This document shows, piece after piece, positions 38,001 through 44,832 of a stretch of DNA of 64,000 bases (positions are counted from its first letter, which is position 1; the number at the start of each line of letters is the position of its first letter). Location: positions 1,695-65,694 of the forward strand of contig JBJXFG010000086.1 of assembly GCA_046154665.1 (NCBI GenBank). The letters run 5' to 3'. The translations under genes were made by a program, and so were the position numbers. The notes beneath the pieces were generated by a model. The model made no database searches. It was not told the DNA's origin and worked only from the letters and a program-made list of their open reading frames with translations. The DNA comes from Phycisphaerales bacterium. Lineage in GTDB: Bacteria; Planctomycetota; Phycisphaerae; Phycisphaerales; UBA1924.

Positions 38001-40157
38001 ATGCGCACGAGTTGCCTGGGATCGTCGATGCTGAATCTGGTGGCGGGCGGGGTGGTTTCGGTGGCGATGGTCGCGACGCCTGCGGCGCTCGCCCAGGGCA
38101 GCGCGTCGGCGGCGACGAACGCGACCGCCACCGCACCCACCGGGGACTCCAAGCCGGCAGGGTGGTCGTTCGTCGAGAAGGCCAACGCCGCGGTCGCCAT
38201 CACGCCCGGAACCGAAGACCTCACGCCAATTCTCTTCCCCGCCGTCGCCGCGATGGACCCCGTCCCGAGCGGGTTGGAGAAGACCGACGCGGCGATGCTG
38301 TTGTCGCCCAAGAGCAAGGAGTGGACCTCGGCGAAGTCATGGGCCGAATCGGCCAACCAGCAGGCCGCCCTCAAGGCGCTCGCCACCGTGACGGACACGA
38401 AGAAGAAGTTCCTGCTGGCCATCCCCTACGGCGGCGGCAAGGACGTCGATCCGGCGTGGAAGAAAGCCGGGCTTTACGTCGAACTTCCCGCGACAGGGCT
38501 CCTGCAGGGCGCGAGGTATCGGTACCGCTTTGCGCTGGAACGGCTGGTCGCGCTGGTCAATGTCGAGGCCACGCGCAAGGCCGAAGAGGGCAAGGTCGAC
38601 GAGGCCCTGACGCTGTGCACGCAGTGGCTGCGGCTGGCGCGGATCATCACCGAGCGTGAAGCAGTGCGCGAGCGCCGCTGGGGCATGAACCAGATGATGA
38701 TGGCGGCGGAGCGCATCCGCGATATCGCGTACACCTACCGCGAGAAACTCTCGGCCGAGCAGTTGCGGGCCGCCGCCGATGAGTTGGACGAGCGGCTGGT
38801 GCAGGCCCGTCGGATCCGGTTGCCGGTGGTCGAGCGCCTCGCCGCCGAGCAGTTGATGGAGCGGGTGATTGAAGAGAAGGGCGAGGTGAACGCCGAGAAG
38901 TTCGCGGTGACGATGGCTCGGCTGAGCGCCGACGCGCGATCACTGAACCTGTTCGGGCAGGCGGCGTGGTACCGCGAGCTCTCGAAGGGTCACGCCGGGT
39001 GGTTCGACACGCGCGACCAGATCCGCAAGGTGTTCGGCGGCTGGGAAAACCGCTGGAACGTCGAGGACTTGCACGACGCCCTGCTCCAGATCCCCAGCGA
39101 CTACGCCAAGATGGACAAGGGCAAGTTCGCGCTGATCGAACTGACCGCCAACGAGATGGAGGGCTTCGAATCGCTCCGCCTCGACCTGCTCACGGCGATG
39201 GCAGGCACACGGGTTTCGCTGGGCGTGGCGGGCTACGAGCGCAAGGAGAAGAAGTGGCCGCCGAACGTGAACGCGATCGCGCCGACGTTCGTGCGGGCGC
39301 TGGACACCGATCCGTACGGGTACGACAAGCGTTTCGAGAACCTCAACCCGTTCTTGTTCAAGGTGCCGATCCGGGATGACGTGAAGCGCGAGCGTGAGAC
39401 GCCCAAGGCGCACGAAATGACGGTCGGCGTCGGCCCGGCCGGTTCAACCACCGCGATCGGGATCGGCCGAGCCGAGATCGGTCAGCCCGCGCCGGAGCTG
39501 CGCGTCTACGACCCCGTCAACGGCGAGGTCTCGCTGGCTTCATACAAGGGCAAGGTGGTCTTCCTGAAGTTCTGGGCCACCTGGTGCGGGCCCTGCATCA
39601 AGTCCATCCCGCACACCAACGAGATGATGGAGAAGTACGCGAGCAACGGCGTGGTCGTCCTGGGCATCTGCGACGATGACGGCGGGAACGAAATGGCCAG
39701 CGTCGTCAAGGACAAGGGCATCAAGTTCCCCACCGCGATCGACCGCACAGGAGCCATGCAGAAGGCCTACCGCGTCCCGTTCTGGCCCGCGGGATATGTG
39801 ATCGACCGCGAGGGCATCTTGCGCGCCGCCAAGTTCAACGCGTACTACGGCGAGAAGGAACTCCTTCAGGTGCTGGCGACGCAACCGCAAGGAACGACGC
39901 CGCCGGCCGCCGCCGAGGCCCCGAAAACTGAGAACGCGGAGACTTCCGCCGCGAAAGACGGCGAGGCCCCGGTCGAACCGGCGGGGACGCCCGGCACCGG
40001 CTCTTTCAAAGCGAGCGTCGACCAGAAGGACTTCCTGCTGTGGTCTGTCGGGCCCGATGGGATCGACGACCAAGCCAAGTCCGTCGGCTCCGGCGGTTCG
40101 GACATCCTCATCTGGCCGCCGATCGTCTCGCTGCGACGGGCGAATCCGGGGATGTGA
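38001..40157 (+). CDS. Secreted protein with unknown N-domain, TlpA/ResA-like thioredoxin domain (WCGPC) and GspG-like C-terminal module
   Basis: Signal-like MRTSCLGSSMLNLVAGGVVSVAMVATPAALAQG. Thioredoxin-fold block KGKVVFLKFWATWCGPCIKSIP...VLGICDD...FWPAGYVIDREG. The C-terminus is DFLLWSVGPDGIDDQ...SDILIWPP. Confidence 0.8.
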   Translation: MRTSCLGSSMLNLVAGGVVSVAMVATPAALAQGSASAATNATATAPTGDSKPAGWSFVEKANAAVAITPGTEDLTPILFPAVAAMDPVPSGLEKTDAAMLLSPKSKEWTSAKSWAESANQQAALKALATVTDTKKKFLLAIPYGGGKDVDPAWKKAGLYVELPATGLLQGARYRYRFALERLVALVNVEATRKAEEGKVDEALTLCTQWLRLARIITEREAVRERRWGMNQMMMAAERIRDIAYTYREKLSAEQLRAAADELDERLVQARRIRLPVVERLAAEQLMERVIEEKGEVNAEKFAVTMARLSADARSLNLFGQAAWYRELSKGHAGWFDTRDQIRKVFGGWENRWNVEDLHDALLQIPSDYAKMDKGKFALIELTANEMEGFESLRLDLLTAMAGTRVSLGVAGYERKEKKWPPNVNAIAPTFVRALDTDPYGYDKRFENLNPFLFKVPIRDDVKRERETPKAHEMTVGVGPAGSTTAIGIGRAEIGQPAPELRVYDPVNGEVSLASYKGKVVFLKFWATWCGPCIKSIPHTNEMMEKYASNGVVVLGICDDDGGNEMASVVKDKGIKFPTAIDRTGAMQKAYRVPFWPAGYVIDREGILRAAKFNAYYGEKELLQVLATQPQGTTPPAAAEAPKTENAETSAAKDGEAPVEPAGTPGTGSFKASVDQKDFLLWSVGPDGIDDQAKSVGSGGSDILIWPPIVSLRRANPGM

Positions 40158-40172
40158 GCGCGATTTTTCGAT

Positions 40173-40305
40173 GGATCATCCGAGCCCCGTGCGCGAGCAC
40201 GGGGCAACTTTCCATCAGCGTGCGGGGTGCGACCACAGCGCGAAAACGAGCATCAAAGGAAGCATGGAACGTGGCCCCGAGCTCGCGCTCGGGGCTCGGA
40301 TGATC
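40173..40305. repeat. Composite element: two inverted hairpin units (ATCATCCGAG-CCCCGWGC-NNNN-GCWCGGGG)
   Basis: Left unit ggatcatccgagccccgtgcgcgagcacggggc (40173..40205). Right unit gccccgagctcgcgctcggggctcggatgatc (40274..40305). The outer 15 nt are mutually complementary. Confidence 0.8.
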
Positions 40306-40417
40306 GTCCACGCCGCCGTCACGCTCACACACATCCTCCCCCGCGCCCTCCGCCTCTCCGCGCTGACTCCCCCTTCCCCCGAGCAAAACGCGCGTGAGCG
40401 GAATACCCTTCGCCCCT

Positions 40418-41398
40418 ATGCCTCACAAGCTCGTCATCATCGGATCGGGCCCCGCCGGATGGACCGCCGCCATTTACGCCGCGCGCGCCCAGCTTGACCC
40501 AGTCGTCTACATCGGCGTGCCCAAGCAGACGCCGTCGATCGTGCTCCCGGGCGGGCAACTCATGCTCACCACCGAGGTCGAGAACTACCCCGGCTTCCCC
40601 CACGGCGTCACCGGCCCCGAGATGATGGCCATGTTCCAACAGCAGGCCGACCGCTTCGGCACCAAGGTCATCAGCGCCGACATCGCCTCGTGCGACTTCT
40701 CGAAGAAGCCGTTCCGCCTTGCCACCGACGACGGCAACGGCAAGACCGAAACCATCGAAGCCCACAGCGTCATCATCGCCACCGGCGCCGTAGCCAACTG
40801 GATCGGACTCGACAACGAGATGCGCCTCGCCCGCCAGGGCGGTGGCGTCTCCGCCTGCGCCGTCTGCGACGGCGCTCTGCCCGCCTTCCGCAACCAACCC
40901 CTGGCCGTCGTCGGCGGTGGCGACACCGCCATGGAAGAGGCCACCTACCTCACCAAGTTCGGATCGACCGTCTACGTCATCCACCGGCGCGACAGCCTGC
41001 GGGCCAGCAAAGTGATGCAGCAGCGGTTCATGTCGAAGCCGAACGCGAAAGTGCTGTGGAACAAGGTCGTCGTTGACGTCCTCGGCAAAGACCACATCGA
41101 AGGCCTCATGCTCGAAGACACGGTGACGAAGGAGCGCTCACGGCTGGACGTGCGCGGCTTGTTCGTCGCAATCGGCCACACGCCCGCCACCGGGTTCCTG
41201 CAGGGAACGGGGCTGAAGTTCAACGACAAGGCCTACATCGACCTCGAACACCGTCACAGCGCGACCAACATCGAGGGCGTGTTCGCGGCGGGCGACGTGG
41301 CGGACGCCGAGTACCGCCAGGCGATCACGGCGGCGGGCATGGGCTGCCAGGCGGCGCTCGATGCCGAGCGCTGGCTTGGGCGGATGGGGCTGGCGTAA
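40418..41398 (+). CDS. trxB: Thioredoxin-disulfide reductase
   Basis: IIGSGPAGWTAAIYAAR, the redox-active ACAVCDG, VVGGGDTAMEEATYL and GVFAAGDVAD. Alternative GTG start at 40394. Confidence 0.95.
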   Translation: MPHKLVIIGSGPAGWTAAIYAARAQLDPVVYIGVPKQTPSIVLPGGQLMLTTEVENYPGFPHGVTGPEMMAMFQQQADRFGTKVISADIASCDFSKKPFRLATDDGNGKTETIEAHSVIIATGAVANWIGLDNEMRLARQGGGVSACAVCDGALPAFRNQPLAVVGGGDTAMEEATYLTKFGSTVYVIHRRDSLRASKVMQQRFMSKPNAKVLWNKVVVDVLGKDHIEGLMLEDTVTKERSRLDVRGLFVAIGHTPATGFLQGTGLKFNDKAYIDLEHRHSATNIEGVFAAGDVADAEYRQAITAAGMGCQAALDAERWLGRMGLA

Positions 41399-41422
41399 AG
41401 ACCCGCGGCGCACGAGCAACTG

Positions 41423-41610
41423 CATCATCCGAACCCTGAGCGCAAGCTCAGGGCCAAGGAACTCGCAAGACGCATCCCAACATGCCAGCATCGCAAGAGC
41501 CGAATGCGCCGCTACGGCTGCTTGCCTCGTCGCGGCTTTGCCGACTTGCTGCTTTGCGGCGGCCGCGCCTCGCCTCCTTGGCCCCGTGCTCGCGCACGGG
41601 GCTCGGTCGA
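41423..41610. repeat. Second composite element of the same type
   Basis: Left unit catcatccgaaccctgagcgcaagctcagggcc (41423..41455). Right unit gccccgtgctcgcgcacggggctcggtcga (41581..41610). It overlaps the 3' end of the DUF721 gene. A solo unit lies at 56681..56709. Confidence 0.75.
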
Positions 41611-41976
41611 ACCCGAGAGCGTGCCGCCCTCGCCGCCCGAAACCAGTTTGACCCGCGCAACCGCCGCCCCGCACGCGCGGATGAGCGCGTTCTCGCCGCC
41701 GTCGCGGAGCCAGCGGTCGAGCACGAACTTGGTCGCCGAATCGTCAACGGTGATGGTGAGCACGTTGCGGTGCAGCGCGGTGACGTTGGTGCGTTCAAGA
41801 AGTTCGGGCGGGCACGCCGTGGCCCAGGCCGCGCCGATGTTGCCCAGGGATTTCGCAGCCCGGCGCGTGGTGTCGAGGGCGGCGGAGAGATCGCGCGTGA
41901 TGACCACCTCGCGCTCGGGGCGCAGCCGCGACTTGCGGAGGTTCGCGACGGATTGGGCGAAGGAGTTTGGGTCCAC
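41512..41976 (-). CDS. DUF721 / DciA-like protein
   Basis: IGAAWATACPPELLERTNVTALHRNVLTITVDDSATKFVLDRWL...VARVKLV fits the DUF721 pattern. The start is GTG 41976, or GTG 42072 overlapping the purQ stop. The C-terminal ~40 aa are encoded by a repeat element. Confidence 0.6.
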   Translation of the reverse strand: MDPNSFAQSVANLRKSRLRPEREVVITRDLSAALDTTRRAAKSLGNIGAAWATACPPELLERTNVTALHRNVLTITVDDSATKFVLDRWLRDGGENALIRACGAAVARVKLVSGGEGGTLSGSTEPRARARGQGGEARPPQSSKSAKPRRGKQP

Positions 41977-42012
41977 GGGGGCGGGGGGGCAGGCGGGCGG
42001 GGGGGCAGGGGG

Positions 42013-42050
42013 GCAGAGCAGCAAAGCAGCAGAACAGCAAAGCAGCAAAG
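42013..42050. repeat. Tandem 8-mers of the GCAGCAAA family
   Basis: gcagagcagcaaagcagcagaacagcaaagcagcaaag. A reverse-orientation relative lies at 31223..31265. Confidence 0.7.
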
Positions 42051-42068
42051 GGGACGCGGGGTTCCCGT

Positions 42069-42953
42069 TCACGCCCGAGCGTGCGTCACCGCCTCCACGG
42101 CGTTCTTGAACATCATCAACCCCGGCGTATCCCCGCGCTTCACATCATCGGGTAGCGCCGTCGCAAACGGATGATGCCCCCACGACAGATACCGCTCCGG
42201 GTGAGGCATCAACCCAAACACCCGCCCCGTCGGATCACAAATCCCCGCGATCCGGTTCGTCGACCCGTTGTCGTTGTCGATGTAGCGGAGCGCCACCTGC
42301 CCCCCGGCTTCCAGCGCCTCGATCACCGCGGGCGATGTAGCAACGAAACGCCCCTCGCCGTGCGCGATCGGCAAAGTCATCGCCGCATTGGTGGCACCGG
42401 CATTGGTGGCACCGGCTTCCAGCCGGTGCGGACCGTGATCCCCATCAACACGCCGACGATCAGAGCTCGAACCCTCCCCGTCCCCACTCCACCGCTCCGC
42501 CAACCCGCGAGTCCAAACACAAACCGACGAAGCCACCACCTCAACCCGCAGCCACCGATCAATAAACCGATTCCCGATGTTGTCCGTCAGCGCCACCACC
42601 GGCTCGGGTGCAGCATCCCCTTTCCCACCCCCCGGCAACAACCCCACCTGCACGAGAATCTGGAACCCGTTGCAAGCCCCGATCACACAAGCCCCACGCT
42701 CCACCGCCCGCCGCAGCGGCCCATAGAGCCGCTCCCGCAGCCGCATCGCAAACACCCGCCCCGAAGCCACATCATCCCCATACGAAAACCCGCCGGGAAA
42801 CCCGAGCAGATCAAACCGCTCCAGCATCGCAGGCTCGGCAATCACCCGGTCCAGGTGCGCCGTCTCGCAAGAAGCCCCGGCGAGCACAAACGCCCGCACC
42901 ATCTCCGTATCACAGTTGGTCCCGGCGGCTCGGATGACAAGGGCTTTTGGCAT
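42069..42953 (-). CDS. purQ: Phosphoribosylformylglycinamidine synthase glutaminase subunit
   Basis: ALVIRAAGTNCDTEM, GFPGGFSYGDD, the GACNGFQIL nucleophile elbow and HGEGRF...MPHPER. It carries a ~40-aa repeat-derived insertion. Confidence 0.9.
   Translation of the reverse strand: MPKALVIRAAGTNCDTEMVRAFVLAGASCETAHLDRVIAEPAMLERFDLLGFPGGFSYGDDVASGRVFAMRLRERLYGPLRRAVERGACVIGACNGFQILVQVGLLPGGGKGDAAPEPVVALTDNIGNRFIDRWLRVEVVASSVCVWTRGLAERWSGDGEGSSSDRRRVDGDHGPHRLEAGATNAGATNAAMTLPIAHGEGRFVATSPAVIEALEAGGQVALRYIDNDNGSTNRIAGICDPTGRVFGLMPHPERYLSWGHHPFATALPDDVKRGDTPGLMMFKNAVEAVTHARA
42386..42428. repeat. 15-mer tandem duplication plus 7-bp hairpin inside purQ
   Basis: cattggtggcaccgg x2 (42386..42415), overlapping the hairpin caccggc-ttcca-gccggtg (42408..42426). 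It encodes ...AGATNAGATNA... on the minus strand. Confidence 0.8.
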
Positions 42954-42965
42954 GGGGACTCAGAG

Positions 42966-43005
42966 TTTCAATGCGGAGTTCGCGGAGGGCGCGGAGAGGG
43001 AAAGG
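42966..43005. repeat. Copy of the CGCGGAGA-type repeat between purQ and purL
   Basis: ttcaatgcggagttcgcggagggcgcggagagggaaagg. Confidence 0.75.
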
Positions 43006-43011
43006 AATGGG

Positions 43012-44832
43012 CTACCAGTTGAGCGTGCCGAGGAAGGCCTGGCGGAGGTCGGAAACTGGGACGTCGAGCAATGGTGTCTTTCCGTTGTCTTTGAGCACGC
43101 GCAGCCTCCCGCTGCTCGTCACCCGGCCGAAGCGCATGAGTTCGCCGCTCCAAAGTTCATCGGCGTCGGAACCCCGCATGATGGCGGGATCATCGGCGCA
43201 GCGAGCTGGCTGAAGGATATATGCACCTGGTTGCTCAAAGAACGCCGAAGACAGCGGGTTTGTCCCGGAATCAATGGACACCACACCGGAGAGCATGAAG
43301 TCGGACGCCGACAGGTCTGCGCCGACGGACGACGCCCCGTCGGCGTCTGCTGCCGCGATCAGCATCTCTGCCACCGCCACGAGGATGCCGCCTTCGGAAC
43401 AATCGTGAAGGGCGTGCGCATGACCGTGTCGGATCAATCTGGCGATACAACGGGCGATGCGCGGCGTTCGTTCGAGCATGTCGCCTCGACCATAGTCGGC
43501 TTTGAGCGGCCCATCCGCGCCGGTATGGAAATGGAGCGTCTTCGGCGCGATCACGCACAGGTCTTCCGAAACGGTCGCCGACGGCCGCTTCGCATCCATC
43601 GTCACACATTTCGAAACATCCGTCACAACCCCCATCCCCGTAATCAAAAGCGTCGGCGGGATCTCGATCACTCTCCCATCCGCCAACCTCAACTGATTGT
43701 TCAGCGAATCCTTCCCGCTCACGAACGGCGTGCGATACGCCTTCGCCGCGTCATAGCACCCCTCCGTCGCGCGCACGAGCGAGGCCAGATTCTCCGGCTT
43801 GCCGCAAGAGGGCCAGCAGAAGTTGTCGAGAATAGCGATGCGGTCGGGGTCGGCACCGACGCACACGAGGTTGCGCACGCACTCATCAACCGCGGCAAGC
43901 GCCGCCTCGTAGGGGTCGCCGCCGTTGATGGGGTCGCCAAGATGCACCGCCATGCCGCAGGCGATGGCGAGGCCTTGCTTAGAGCCCGGCACCGGCTGAA
44001 TCACCGTGGCGTCGCCCGGCCCGATGCCGCCGGGGCCGACCAGCGGCTTGACGACGGTGTTGCCGCGGACTTCGTGGTCATACTGCCGGACGATCCAGCG
44101 CTTGCTGGCGATGTTGGGGTGGGCGAGAAGTTCAAGGAGGCGGGTGCGGAGATCGGGGGAAGGGGCGTTGGGGAGGTGGCCAGTGGCCATTGGGGCGGAA
44201 CGAGGCGAAGACGTGGCGTGGGCGTCTTCCCCATTCGCCAACTGGCCACTCCCCACTGGCCCCCCGCCCACCCACACCGCCTCGCGCGTCGGCATCGGGA
44301 TGCCCTCGTGCAAGAAGTGCATCGGCAGTCGCCCCACTTCGTTGCCGTGGAAGTTCAGGATCAAATCCGCACTCGGCGTGCCGAAATGCCCGAGGTCGGC
44401 GAGCAGGACGCCCTCTTCGTCGCAGATTCGCTGCAACGCCGCCACATTCTCCGGCGGCACCGCCAGCACAAACCGCTCCTGGCTCTCGCTGATCCATATC
44501 TCGTCGTAGCGCAGCCCGGCGTACTTCAGCGGGGCCCGCTCAAGGTGAACTTCCGCGCCGAGCTTTGACCCCATCTCGCCCACCGCCGACGAGAAGCCGC
44601 CAGCACCGCAGTCGGTGAGGCCGTGAAAGAGGGGGGTGGGGGTGGGGGGGGGACGGGAGTCGGGAGTCGGCAGTCGGGAGTCGGGAAGAACCGTCTTTGC
44701 CTTTCCCCACTCCCGACTCCCCATTCCCGACTCCCGCCGCGCCCGCGACGTAGTCGCGTGCCCGAATGATCGCGTCGAGCGTGCGCTTCTCCTCGATGGC
44801 ATTGCCAATCTGCACGGCGTGGCTGAACTCAT
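43012..44832 (-). CDS. purL: Phosphoribosylformylglycinamidine synthase PurL, C-terminal ORF (part 2 of a frame-disrupted gene)
   Basis: Homology begins at LFHGLTDCGAGGFSSAVGEM (about 44631) and continues through DEIWISESQERFVLAV and the second AIR-synthase-like half. The first ~65 codons of this ORF are repeat-derived. Confidence 0.85.
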   Translation of the reverse strand: MSSATPCRLAMPSRRSARSTRSFGHATTSRARRESGMGSREWGKAKTVLPDSRLPTPDSRPPPTPTPLFHGLTDCGAGGFSSAVGEMGSKLGAEVHLERAPLKYAGLRYDEIWISESQERFVLAVPPENVAALQRICDEEGVLLADLGHFGTPSADLILNFHGNEVGRLPMHFLHEGIPMPTREAVWVGGGPVGSGQLANGEDAHATSSPRSAPMATGHLPNAPSPDLRTRLLELLAHPNIASKRWIVRQYDHEVRGNTVVKPLVGPGGIGPGDATVIQPVPGSKQGLAIACGMAVHLGDPINGGDPYEAALAAVDECVRNLVCVGADPDRIAILDNFCWPSCGKPENLASLVRATEGCYDAAKAYRTPFVSGKDSLNNQLRLADGRVIEIPPTLLITGMGVVTDVSKCVTMDAKRPSATVSEDLCVIAPKTLHFHTGADGPLKADYGRGDMLERTPRIARCIARLIRHGHAHALHDCSEGGILVAVAEMLIAAADADGASSVGADLSASDFMLSGVVSIDSGTNPLSSAFFEQPGAYILQPARCADDPAIMRGSDADELWSGELMRFGRVTSSGRLRVLKDNGKTPLLDVPVSDLRQAFLGTLNW

